Source: Lytechinus pictus (taxonomy: Eukaryota). From it: DNA of 64,000 bases. Made by a program: the position numbers and the translations under genes. Each line of letters starts with the position of its first letter. Position 1 is the stretch's first letter. The stretch covers positions 40,302,001-40,366,000 of the forward strand of contig NC_087245.1 in NCBI RefSeq assembly GCF_037042905.1, read 5' to 3'. Shown here piece after piece: positions 25,840-39,900 of this stretch. The notes beneath the pieces were generated by a model that saw only the letters and a list, made by a program, of their open reading frames with translations, searched no databases and had not been told where the DNA came from.

Positions 25840-26799
25840 CATATTAATCACGTAAAGGGGTAAGGATCGATCTCTTAAATGCTTCACACATTTAAGTCTG
25901 TAATGAGTAATACTGTCATTGTAAAGACTTCTTTTCATTCAAATCACCAACATACTTTAAGACCAATTTCTTCACACCAGAGCACCCAATTTCAAAAGTT
26001 AAACATTTTCTATACGATATCGCACCAAAAATGGCTCAAAAGTGCATCTCACCATTTCCAAATGAATACATGATAAGATCTTGCAAATGAATTCATATAA
26101 TTTCTAGTTTCAATGTCAATGATTTCAGTTTTTGTATATAATTGACAAAAGATCATTCTGATTTAGGTAATGCCCGAGCGGGAATTCCCCATTTTTACTT
26201 CACTTCAAAAACATCTCAAACAACGATATTTTTGGAATATCATTAATAATCAGATGAAGTTTTAAACAGAGATAAATCCGGAAAAATACAAGGGATGGGA
26301 CAAATGTATTTATCAAATGGCTTCAAGAAAAATGTTACAACAAAGAAATATATACCAATACATGCACATAAGAAATCTTATTTCATACTGGAATGTTATG
26401 TAAGTTTCAAAATCGAAGTATAATGTGGTGTTGCAGAAAAGTAGAAATGCAGTTTAATACAAATCAATCAACTACAATTTTGCATTTAATCAAAGGACTT
26501 ATGCATGATTTGGGGATTTCTACTTGATTTGGAATTGAATATAAATTACTTACAATGCCCTCATTCAACAGTCAGAACAACGTGCAACATATCTCAATTA
26601 TACATGTGGATTTTTTTTTCATGGCACTGAAATACTCGCTGACTCACGCTTACTCCATCTTTTATTGCATCTAATAGATACGTATGCGCTGTGTCCACGT
26701 TACAAGGCAGCACTGTGTGCATGTACAACTTTCACACACATACAAAAATCAAAATCTGAAATAGAAATACTTCAAAAAAATAATTTTGCCCAATTGATC

Positions 26800-26985
26800 G
26801 TGGGCCTGGCAGCCACTGTGCAGTGCCAGATCGATGTTACTCTATTCCTTAAATCATTGAACGCCAAAAAGGGTAGCAGAAACTCCCATCTTTTAATGTC
26901 TTTTTGGTCTGATGCGGCCAGGGATTCAACTCCCAATCTCCCAGTACAGAGACAGATGCTCTACGAACTGAGCCATCACATCGGT
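26800..26985 (-). mobile_element. Degenerate tRNA-derived SINE
   Basis: TGGCTCAGTTCGTAGAGCATCTG ... GAGTTGAATCCCTGG (A/B-box-like). Confidence 0.5.
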
Positions 26986-27878
26986 TTATTGGACCAAGTG
27001 ATGGGGGTACCAATAAGCAATTGGACAAAATTGATATCAGACCAAGTAGGTTTAGGCATGATGGTATTGGATGTTCTGACAATTAGACCACTTCCTAGTA
27101 GACCATGCGGATACAACGGTGTGGCACACAGCACTGGGTGCATGCACATCACATACACATATACATGTAGACACATAGGCTATGACAAACATTTGAAGCA
27201 GAATTTGTATTCAAACTGTTTTCAAGCTTCACAGAATATCTGGACAGTTTTCCAGTCTTATATGGATGTCGCAAAGTGAATGGCAATAGTATTCTATCCA
27301 TATGGTCAGTATTGTACACTGTTGGATTACTGTCAGCTTCAAATTGGTTTCAAACAAATTGTTTGCTTTTATATAGGATAAATGCCAAATTATCTCTTAA
27401 TAATCTATTAAGTTAAATACCGAGTTGCGTACGGTATGAAAGGCCTGATCGCATTTGGTCAGATCGTGTCATGAGGACGCGCACTACTGCGTATCTATCA
27501 AACTGATCGCGCGTTGCATTTTATGCGCGCGTCGGCATATCATGTGCGCGTCGGCATTTAAGTGCGACTTAAGTCATACTTAAATCTTTGTGAAACACCA
27601 CCCCAGGACTATTAAATTAATCTTAATCGACTAGAATTGATTAATTTCAATTAATTAATCTGAGTTTTTATTCAATAAAAAAAAAAATGCCTGACTTGCC
27701 ATAAAGTTCACTCATGAATGAGAAGTTGTGGATGAGGTTTCACATAGTAATTTCATATTATAAAACAGAATTGAGTTGAATGATTTTTTTTTTTTTTTGG
27801 GCAAATCTGTAATGATTACAATATTTAAGTTAGGCTTAACAGTAGACTGTCCTGGAGGTAGGTATGAGAGGTCTTAGT

Positions 27879-27957
27879 TCAAGCCGTTACAACACGGTTG
27901 GCGTCTTCTACAATGGAAGGGTATGGCTCACTCCTCATATGCTTTGGTTTTCTTCGC
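27879..27957 (-). CDS. SLC18B1: SLC18B1-like terminal coding exon
   Basis: RRKPKHMRSEPYPSIVEDANRVVTA*; acceptor tttttgcag; AATAAA at 27667-27672 on the minus strand. Confidence 0.8.
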
Positions 27958-30900
27958 CTGCAAAAAGAGAATAATTGAATAACATGAAATAGCATAATGC
28001 TTGGAATATTACCATCAAATTTCTCGTGTTCGAACTGGCTTACATAATCATTAACCTTGTACATGAGCTCATGATATATTACAGGAAAAATAATAACTGT
28101 TAAAACTGTAACTGTCAAATTAATGTAATATCAAATAATTCTCATGTCTGATATAAATCATTTAAACAGACGATAATGTCAATAAGCTAATGATAGCTTA
28201 TTATTGGGTCAGAGTTCGGTAAATATTTCATGGAATTGCCCTAATAAAGATAACATACTATACTCACCCCTTTCCGCACTGGTATTCCCACACACCAAAC
28301 AGAGACAGAACAATAACGACCACAAAGCAACCTCCGGCGAAGATCGTGGATGACCAATCAAATCCCATTTGATTGACGAGGGCGCCTCCAACTGTCGGAC
28401 CTACAAATGTTCTGCAGGGAAGTGGTATGAGTGAAGAAGTATTTCAACAACGAGTTTTAGTGATTAATACAACAGACTTGTACAAGGCTTCACGATAAAG
28501 TGAGACAAAATGACCGATGCATATTGGGGTAGCAATTATTTCTCTTTATATCGGAAAGGATCAGTGCTGTGTGGATGTAAACATTTAACACCAAAACCAA
28601 AAGGTCAACACCAAACTTGAAAACACCCATTGTCCCATTATCAACTGCTGGCGAACCTTGATGTATGTCATCAAGTTTTTCATGTTACGCAATCTCAGAA
28701 GAGCAGCTGTCTAACTACAATAACATCCTATTTACATCATAAGTCAACCTTATGTGTAAATTATCAAATTCATATAAGTTTCAGTTCAATTTATTCATTT
28801 CCACTTTAAAAACACATTGGAATAATTCATAACTTTGTAGTATATTATTCAACATATAAGCAGAAATAAATACTTTTGAAAAGATCATAAATTGAATTTA
28901 TACAGATACATGTGTTTAAACCTTTACAATAAAGAGACAACAGGAATTATACAAACTCCCAATAGTAGTTTGTTAAGACGTCTTCTCCTAAAAGTAGTTT
29001 AACAAATATGACTAATAATATAGACAAGTTTGAATTAGATAAACCTGTTTCAACTGTCAATGTTATTCTTCTTAGAATGATTACATTTTATATCCTACAT
29101 AAATTAAATCCTGTATGCTGATTGGTTTAAATAGCATCATGTGATTAAAACATATTCTCACTATTTTGCGATGATGTCGAAAATGAAACGCCCACCGAAG
29201 AAAATGTGCTATTCCGTGACGTCAATGATGGAATAGTCGACTATTTCATCATTGACGTTACAGATCATGATGGCGCAAGTACTAATATGCATTCCGCGCA
29301 CTGAGTGCGTAGCTAAGCGCTTCAGGAAAAGTAGGTCAGTCAGCGCAGCTGGTTTGATTCAGATTAAAAAAAGGATGAACTTAGAGTACAAGAACTAGAT
29401 TATCAAGATCTATTTCTATAACTTATTTAAGTAGGATATAAAACAAATATACCAGGCCTTTATTTCGAAAGTATAGAGGGAATTATTCATCCTCGGTTGG
29501 ACTGGCATAATCACTATTTTTCCCCCTCGGGAAAAAATAGTAATGCCAGTCCAACCTCGGATGAATAATTCCCGCTATACTTACTCAAAGCCTGGTATAT
29601 TTGTATAGTATATTCTCAATCAGACATTAATATAACCAATGGATACCCCCTTTAATGATAATGATACAAAGAATCATCAGAACATACCCTAAAGAAAATG
29701 CTCCATTAAACAGACCAGATAATATCGCTTGAGTTGAAAGATTATCAGGTAATCCGTACCATCTACAGAAGAAGAAATAATTGAAAATGTTTAGACAAGG
29801 GACAACAATAAATCAATCATATCAACACATGAAAGACTCTGTTTACTAGTTATTTGTGTCCGGCAAGAATGAAGACATCCATAATATTGAAACATAATAC
29901 ATACATTTTGCTGCTTGAAATATTGACTACCAGAATATTAAGTATGTACGTTTTGGTCAAAAGTTAGTGAGACCTACCACAAGATGCATTCCTTCGTGCA
30001 GAGTGTTGAGTGTAGACAGCAACACTACAATGTTCGGCAAGCCCAGAGAAACAAACTTTATTGAATGTTATTCTTCATCACCTGACTTCACAACTGAACA
30101 TCTAAAACATGGCAGAACTTGAACACTTATGTTCATTTTCTGGTGGAGGTGCATTAACTATTGAGTACCAATGTACACATTAAATATAAAAAAAGCAGTT
30201 AAAAGCAATTTTTATGATATCCTTAAAGAGGGAACTCCAGGCTGAAAATAATTGTATCTAATTAAATAGAGTGAAATTCACTATTAATAGCAAAATGCTG
30301 AAAATTCCACTAAAATCTGGAAACAGTTATGAGCATGGCATCATGAATATTCATTAAAGTGGGCTGATGATGTCATATCCCAACTTTCTCTTGCTTATGT
30401 TATTACTTAAATTTCGTATTTTCATGCACGTGTGTATGATATGTCTCCTATATGATAAAATAAGTTGCAGCAATGGATATCTAAGGCATGAAAATTTGAT
30501 ATTTTTTTGTTCTTGGAAGACGAAATTTGAATAAACATAATTTGATATAATAAATACAAAATAGGGATGAAACTTCATTAATTTGCTAAATAATAATAAT
30601 GTAGGATTTGTATAGCGCACGTATCCACCTTGCTAGGTGCTCAAGGCGCTCCTATATTACCCCAACTAAGCTAGTCTACCAATTCTGGTGCGCACAGCTT
30701 TTTGAGGTATTACTTCCTGCCAGTACCCATTTACCTCACCTGGGTCGAGTGCAGAATAGTGTGGATAAATTTTTGCTGAAAACACGCCATGGCTAGGATT
30801 CGAACCCACGACCCTGTTTGAGAGGCGAGAGCCAAAACCACTAGACCACAACGCGCCCACATGCACAGAACTGTTTCATCAAAATGATGTACATGTATAC

Positions 30901-33900
30901 CTCGAAATGTCATAACTTTGTTATTATTGTATGATTTTGATCAAATCAAATTTTCAGTGTTTTGTTTGTATGATTTTCTGTAACCGTTACCTTTGTTATC
31001 TTTATCATATCATTTTCAGTCTGGAGTACCCTTTTAATGACTCAGGCTTTAGAGTGAAGATCAACTTACTTGGCACTTATCAGGAGATCAAGAAATGCTG
31101 GCATAAGTCCTATTCCTATAGAAAAACCAAGTAATGCCAGAGATAAGATGATGATCCATAATTTACTAAAAGAAAAGAGAGAAAAATGATATATTGATGC
31201 AAAACATATATTTGAAACTATGTGCTTACTTCCATTTAATTTCAGGTTATCTATGGATCAGGTTGCTAAATGAGAAATCTCTGAGTGCCTTTTTTTGTAT
31301 TACCATTTTTACTGGACTTTTGGTTTCATGCTCTAATTATCTCAAGAATTCTATTTATTTGATCTTTTTCATTCATTAAATATTCAAAGTACAAAAAATG
31401 CAGATAAAATATTGATTGAAAAATATTACTGACACAGCTGGCTTTCCATAGTCAGACCGATATAAAATCACGTTTTAAAAATCAATTTAAATTAATGTCT
31501 ATTACAAAATATTATTATAATATACCTTTTCATGTAGATAAACCATTATAGAGTGCATATCAATTTAAAAAAAAGTTAATACTATTGAAAAATTTCTGGC
31601 AACATGGTGATTAATATTCACACACATTTGGATTTTGTCTCTCCTATCAGATGTTAGAATGATTAGTGACTGAATATTAATCTTGAGTGAGCACTGCTCA
31701 TTCTTGTGGGCTCACAGGTCTAATTCATTTCCCATAGACTTGTGTGTTAAAGTGTCACTTAAAAAGCATTCATTAAAAATAAGGAGGACATTCGAAGGTT
31801 GAATGTTTACTACCAGTGGATAGGATAAATGTCTGACATTCCATATCTCACCAGAAAAGGGTACCTCGACTGGCTCATTTAAAAAATAAATCAGCATTTA
31901 TGAAGACTACACCTGACGGGATCAAATTCATCACTTGAGAGTGTAAAATGGCCCTAATTCTTCCGCCAGTAAAAATATAGTTCCATAGTGGTGATATCTT
32001 TCCAATTTGGAAAAAGGAAGTTCAGTAGGTACCCTCCCTAGATTCAGTGTTATCAATCAGCAATATCAAATTTAAAAATTGAGCAATGGGTTGGCTTGGA
32101 TGAATATCTTTTGCCTGCCAGTTGTGATTAGGCCTGTGCAACCTTGTAATGCTCGCAGAAATTGCATTGCATTGCAAAATGCTAATTTCTACGCTGTGTC
32201 AAGTAAGATGGTAATAAAACAAACTTCTTGTCACATTTGGATTTCCATAGTTAGAGTTAGGGGGGGGGGGTGTTTCACAAAGTTTTAGGTATGACATAGA
32301 GTCACTCTTAAATGCTTACGCATACATGATATGCAATGCGCCATCTTATTGATCAATACGCAGTAATGCGCGTCCTCTTAGCTTGATCTGACCAATGCAG
32401 TCATGCCTTTTATACTTCTCGCAACTAGACATTTATGTGCTACTCTAAGTGAATGAATGAATGAATGAATTTATTTATTATCCAATGCAATGATTTTACA
32501 GTTCTTCAGCCAATCAGTGTTGAATACATAGAAAAGGATAACAGGAACCAGAAAATAGCATGAATGCTTTAATAATGCTAGTCAAGTCTGGCCCCTTGTA
32601 GTTTAGGCAGATGAAAACATACATGTATGCTTCTTAACTTGTTAGTTAAGAATGAACAATTGTGAGTCTACTAAATATACTCTGAAATATATAAACAATG
32701 CCTACATAACAATCTAACAAAAACTAATAGTATTTCCATATTAAAGATGTATAAATGATTTTAAAAATCCCATATAGATGACAAAAGAAATTCATTTTTC
32801 CAACAGATGTTCAACAACAGCTTTACGAAAAGTTGACCTTGATGGTTTCTTTCCGAATTAATTCATACTTAATTCTTTGTGAAACACCGCCAGGGGAGTG
32901 TTTCATAAAAGGACTTGTCGGACGTTTTATCCGACAAGTACCGGTACTGTTTTATCTGACAGTTACTATGGTAAAAGTGACTCTCAGCCAATCATAATCA
33001 AGGAAAGTTGTCAGATCTGACATGTTGGACGAAAATGTTGATGAAACACACCCCTGGGGCCCGTCTTACAAAGACTTACGATTGATCTGATCAATCGCAA
33101 CTATGGAAAGACAGCAAAGTCAACATATAAAATGCATGTTTGCTCAATTTTGTTTCTACATATGAATGTATATCCATAATTTCATTGATTTCTTGACAGT
33201 TCGGTGTGTTCTCCTTTGTTTACAAAGGACATTTTGCACATTTCCTATAAAAAAAATTATGACACTGATGGATTTCCATAGAGTTACGATTGATCCAATC
33301 AGTCGTAACTCTTTGTAAGACGGGGCCCAGGTCTATCTTGTACTCACCCTTCAACATTAAAAAGGGGACTTGGACCAATCAGCATGAAGGATATTCCTGT
33401 GATGTAAAAACCTATGACCATCATAAAACGGGTTACTCTCTGAAAAAAAAACAATCAAACAATATTGTCGGAAGTTTTATCAGACAAAGTCTGCTTTATC
33501 CATCAGTTGCCATAGTAATAGCCAGACATTTGTAGAATGAGATTTTAAATCTAATTTGCTTTGGTGAAATCCTGGAAAAGAGATTTTCAATATTTTACAT
33601 AAAGTCATTGTATTGGCTAGGTTTGAGAACATTTTTGTAAACAATCACAGACACATGTGGAAAGTGGGGCCTTACAGCTCTGATTTTTTAAAAGTCAAAT
33701 CAGTATGCCCTTTTGGGAGTAGATTTCCAATTGATATGGGCTCCGTTATTTAAATATTGGATCAATCATTTCTTGTAAATAATTATTCACCACTATGCTA
33801 TTTAGACAGTAAACAATTGTTTATATTATGCATGATTTTCCTAGTATTGCATCGCAACTTCCTCTACATTTTTCAATTTTGTGTAGCAGATTTTTTTTTT

Positions 33901-36900
33901 ACATAGGACTGTACAGACTACAGACCTTAGGTGAAATTTTTCCTCTTACAATTAAAAATGCTAATTAAAATTTGGTTAAGTAAAAATTATTCTCTGATCA
34001 TATTATATATTGAATTGAATTGAAATGATTAAAAATGATAAACAAGTGGAATGCCTCTGGCGGTCTCACCTGCATCACGCGATTCAATATAGCAGCAGTG
34101 CTGACTTTGAAAACTACTATAAAATAATTATTCACAAAAAACACCATTCATATGATACAATACTACGTTCATTGACATTTGACCTTGATCATGTGACTTA
34201 AAACATGTCAGTGATTACCCCTATATCCACATTTTATCTATAAACTTTGTAAGGTCATGTGACCTGAAACTCGCACAAGATGTTCAGTGATACTTGGTTA
34301 CTCTTATGTCCAAGTTTCATGAATCAGATCCATAAACTTTTGAAGTTATGATGGTATTTCAACAGATTCCTCCACATGGCCAAAGTTCATTGACCTTTGA
34401 CATTGGTCATGTGACCTGAAATTCGCACAGGATGTTCAGTGATACTTGATTACTCTTATGTCCAAGTTTTATGAACTAGACCAATAAACTTTCAAAGTTA
34501 TGATGGTAATTCTACAAATACCCCCAACTTGGCCAAAGTTCATTGACCTTACATGACCTTTGACCTTAATCATGTGACCTGAAACTCGCACAGGATGTTC
34601 AGTGACACTTGATTACTCTTATATAAAAGTTTCATGAATCAGATCCATAAACTTTTAAAGTTATGATGGTAATTCAATAGATTCCTCCACATGGCCAAAG
34701 TTCATTGACCTTTGACATTGGTCATGTGACCTGAAATTCGCACAGGATGTTCAGTGATACTTGATTACTCTTATGTCCAAGTTTCATGAATCAGATCCAT
34801 AAACTTTCAAAGTTATGATGGTAATTCAACAGATACCCCCAATTTGGCCAAAGTTCATTGACCCTAAATGACCTTTGACCTTGGTCATGTCATGTGAAAC
34901 TCAAGCAGGAAGTTCAGTAATACTTGATTAACCTTATGTCCAAGTTTCATGAACTAGGTCCATATACTTTCTAAGTTATGCTGTCATTTCAAAAACTTAA
35001 CCTTTGCTTAAGATTTGGTGTTGACGCCGCCGCCGTCGGAAAAGCGGCGCCTATAGTCTCACTCTGCTATGCAGGTGAGACAAAAAGGGAGTAGCCTAGA
35101 TAGGCCAATGGCTTTTTGTTACTCCCTCACATCCCATTCATTACTCTATGTTTTTTCTTATTATTTTTTGGCTAAATTGTACAACTGTCATTGTTGTTTT
35201 TACTCTATTGCATTAACTCACTATGTATTGTACCCTGCTTTTTTAAGAGATGTGAAATAAATGAATTTGAATTTGAAATGAAGAATGCTAACCTTTTTAT
35301 CGGCAATGTAGCCCCAGAATGGTGCAAAGAGTCCATAAGTTCCACCAATGAGAAGAAATAATACACCTACCATGGATGGATGCACGTTGAGTGGAGGCTA
35401 AGATGGTTAAAAATATCAAACAAGACAAGTAAGAATCAACATGGGACACAAGCCATTCATAATGATCATCTAGGTCAATAGCAAAAATTATACACATGAG
35501 GTACCTTTGGAAAAGTTCCTACACGTTTGAACTCTTTTGAGAAATTATTATGTGTGGGTGCGTCGTGGTCTAGTGGTTCTGACTCTCTTTCAAACAGAGG
35601 GTCGTGAGTTCGAATCCTAGCCATGGCGTGTTTTCCTTCAGCAAGAAAATTATCCACACTGTGCTGCACTCGACCCAGGTGAGGTAAATGGGTATTGGCA
35701 GGAAGAAATTCCTCAAAAAGCTGTGCGCACCAGAATCGGTAGACTAGCTTGGCCGGTGGAATATAGGAGCGTCTTGAGCACCTAGCAAGGTGCGCTATTC
35801 ACATCCTATATTATTATATTAATATTATTATTTAAATGCCTCAGCAAAATTTTGTGCATTATGTGTTTTATATGAAAGACAGCAATATCATTTCTTAATC
35901 TTCTGGAAAAAGTCATAAAATTTCACAGCTTTATATCTGTGCACATTGAGGGGGGCCAAAGTGTCCCACCCCGATCTAATTAGTGATAAATTCAAAGGAT
36001 TTCTCTATTTTAGATAAAAACGAAAAGAGGAATGATCGATCAATTTGATGACTTACTGAAGTGAGATGGATAGATAATGTAGGGTCACTGAAGCCAAGAC
36101 AAGCGCTCCCCCACATACAGGCAGCAAGAACGATCGATACAGCAGGGATCTTCAGCACTGCCAACACAGATCCAGACTCCTCCTTTTTATTGTCAGATTC
36201 TGTGGATGATAATAATAATAATATTAAAAGCAAAATTTCATGTTTCAATTTTAATTGGAGACATTTTATACAATATATGAAGTGAATTCTAGCACTTGAT
36301 ACTTGATGTAGTAATCCCTTTGGCAGCTCATACAGGAAGCTGTAAGTAATGACATGATTTCTTTCAATGTGTACTTTAACAGTGATATGTCAGTTATCTC
36401 TTGTATTCAGACAACAACTGTTAACACTTTTTTGTGACAAAATCTGTTACATATTTGAAAAAAAATAATCTGCATGGATTAAATAAATCAAAATTTAGGA
36501 GGCCTAACATCCTGACTGTGTTCAGGTGTAAAGATACCAATAAGAGTAGATTATCATACATCACATAATATCTATGGATATGGAGGGATCCATTAAAAAC
36601 AATGTTTGTAGTCTGTGGACCCCTCAGAAATTAAAAATTTTAGTTTTTGCCTACAAAAAACAGGAAAGCACTGAGTAATAACAGAACACAGAATAGCACA
36701 AAATAAAAACATATAAAATACAAGCAAGGAAAGGGGAAGAATATATATACTCACTTAAACTGGGTAGAATGAATATATCAATGATAGATATGACCATAGC
36801 TGTGCAGCCTAGAACAATGAAAGGGAGTTTATAACCACCTATCTGGATAATGAAGAGAAAGAGGTTAGGAGTGAATTTTCATTGAATATCATTTTCATGT

Positions 36901-39900
36901 GGAACAGGGGCCCATCTTACAAAGAGTTGTGATTGATCCGATCAATCGCAACTATGGACAGCCAGCAAAGTCAACATATGAAATGCATGTTTGTTCAAAT
37001 TTTTTTCTAGATATGAATGTATATCCATAAAATCATTGATTTCTTAACAATTTAGTGTGATCTCCTTTGTTTACAAAGGACATTTTGCAAATTTCATGTA
37101 GAAAAAATTATGACACTGATGGATTTCCATAGAGTTGCGATTGATTTGATCAATCGTAATTCTTTGTAAGACGGGGCCCAGGTCGATTTCCTTTCCATTC
37201 CTACGTCTATGCAGAGTGGCTGCTGGGCTAACAATCTCTTGGGCAATATACATTTTCAGAGTACTTCTATTTCAGATTTCCATTTTGGAAAAATAAAATA
37301 TGGATTTTCATTTTTTATTTTAATTTTCATGCAGACTATGATGAATACAGAATAAAATCAGAGTTACTGATGTGTTTATTTTCACATTAGTCTTGAAAAC
37401 TTGTCGAATGCTTCTGTATCGGTCAGATAGTAGTATCATCAAACATTACAATCTTGCAAAAAAGTAGTATGAATATTTTAACTTTACCTGAGGTTATTAC
37501 CATCCTCTCTCAGTAGTTTTTTTTTCCTGTTTTTTTAACCAGTATAATAGCAATTTGAATACTTATCTTTCAAACTTCATATTAGATATCTAAAAAGATC
37601 TCATTTTAAAATTTTCAACCTTTTCCTTGCAAAAATGAAAAAAAAAAGAAGTTATTTTAATTTTGGTCGGGATCATGACTGTAAAGAAAACTCATGTAAA
37701 ACCACAAAATTATCCATTGAAGCATATTTCACATCATATCATCCGAACTGTAAATGTATCATGAATACACTACTATTTACCCTATCAAACTTAATGGGAA
37801 CCCGAAAATAATGAATATCTTACTCCATAAAATAAACTGCCAAGCGGAGGACCGCATGCAAACCCAAGACCGCTGAATAACTCGAGCATACCCTGTAAAG
37901 AAAACAGATTACTAGTATGAAATCACTGAAATCAAGGCAGGTATTTTGATAATGATTTTCTCTTTTATCTCCATCTTCATAATTGAAAATGTAACAACAA
38001 AGTTTGAAGACGATCTTGTGATTACATGAAGTGTGCAAAAATTGTGCTCATGGACCAGCAAGCAAGCTAACAAATGCCTGATGCGATGTCAATGGTGTAC
38101 AGTACATGTACTTCACATTTCATCAAAATAACATTAAAACAAGATGAAATATAAGATAATCTTCAGAATAATAAAATAAAATACGAGATAATTTTTAGAA
38201 TAAATATAAAAATAAGGTAAAATACTAGATGATTTTCAGAATGCTAGCCCAGGTTTATGATAATAAAATCAACAAGAGATAGTAGAGACTTTTTATCGAA
38301 ACAAGAAGTGCTGGCAGAAGAGGTTTTTTTTTCTTTAGCAGAAATGAAAGAAACATAAAAGCAAGCAAAAATCTTTAACTAGAATCAAAACAAAAATATT
38401 CGCTGCTTGTTTATCAATTCATACATGTATGACCAAGGCAGTCTATTTTTCGTTCACTCTTAACATTGGCATGTGTGTAACTAGGCATAACCTTGAGCGT
38501 CCCTGATGTAGGTCAATGAACTTTAGATTTTGAAGAGCAGTATGTGAGTCAATGGTTATGTATTCACCACAAGATGTGGATAAAACTGAGTCATTAGATA
38601 TTATTATTAGATATATTCTGATATGTGTTTCAAAATATGCAAAAGGTGAAAACTTTTTTTTAACCAAAGTTTGCTATTCACAGGTTTATAATACAACCAG
38701 TAGTTACCAGTTACAATCTACTCTTCCTTTGTTTTATAGGCATCATAGAGGCAGGGGCAGCTCAGGATATTTTAATGGGATGGGAGGGGGCGAAATAACT
38801 TTTAGACGTCATTTATTTCTAAATGTAATACAGATACAAAGCAACATGACCTAGACCATGGAACTACTATGCCTACACCTTTTTATATTGCCTCTCTTTT
38901 CCCCTCCTTTTCTTCTTTTTTCTCCCCTTTTTTCTTGTTTGCACTGCTTGAAAAACAATAGGGGGAAGTCACCACCCATGCCCCTCTCCACCCCCGTGGC
39001 ACTGCCCCGACATGGAGGGCAAGACAAGCATGATAGGCTGACACACATCAACAATCAAATCATATATTTCAAATCATCAAGCATGAAAAAAAGGGGGGAA
39101 AAAGCACTCTGATTATACAGGTGGGGTCACTCACACTCATCTGTGCTATATTATCAGGAAAGACGTTAGCGGTAATCGCCATGCCGGCCGTGATCGCTGC
39201 TGCAAATCCAAGCGATTCCACAGTGCGAATGAGGAAACAGTAGGTCAGGAAGATAGTCTTGCCTTGAATCTCAACTAAAAATCTATTTATAGAGAACCAC
39301 AATGTTTGAAAAAAAATTGCATGAGAAGAAAGAAAAAGGATGAAGTCTACATGAATTCTAGAGATTATATGAGTGGGGTGAAACTCACACTCATCTGTGC
39401 TATATTATCGGGGAAGACGTTAGCAACAATCGCCATGCCGGCTGTAATCGTTGCTGCAGACCCCAGTGATTCCACAACACGAATGGCAAAACAGTAGGCC
39501 AGGAAAGTGGTCTTGCTTTCAATGTCGACCAAGAACCTGTTTATACAGAATCAAGATATTAAATACCAGCTATTACGCTGATTCTGTAGTTGTCACTGAA
39601 TATGAAGATTCTGTTTAATCTAAGCCTTAGTAAAGGCCATTTGCTACAGTGCAGTGCAGGGCAGGGCAAGGCAGGGCTGTGCCCTTACTTATATTGGAAC
39701 CTCCCCCCCCCCTCCCCGAATTTGAGCATTTAAAAAGGAGGCTCCTATCAGCAATTGCAAAATCTTGTACCATCACAAGAATGCTGCTATTATCAGCATC
39801 AATAACACCACCAGAAAAAAGAAAATACAGACTTTTCAATTAATTTCAGGTGTACATCAATTTCATAGAGGTAATGTACTGCATATCCCCCCCCCCCCAT

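Noticed and set aside
26665..27279. Longest ORF in the track (204 aa)
   Set aside because: TTG start, runs antisense through a decayed SINE and repeat fragments, no recognisable domain.
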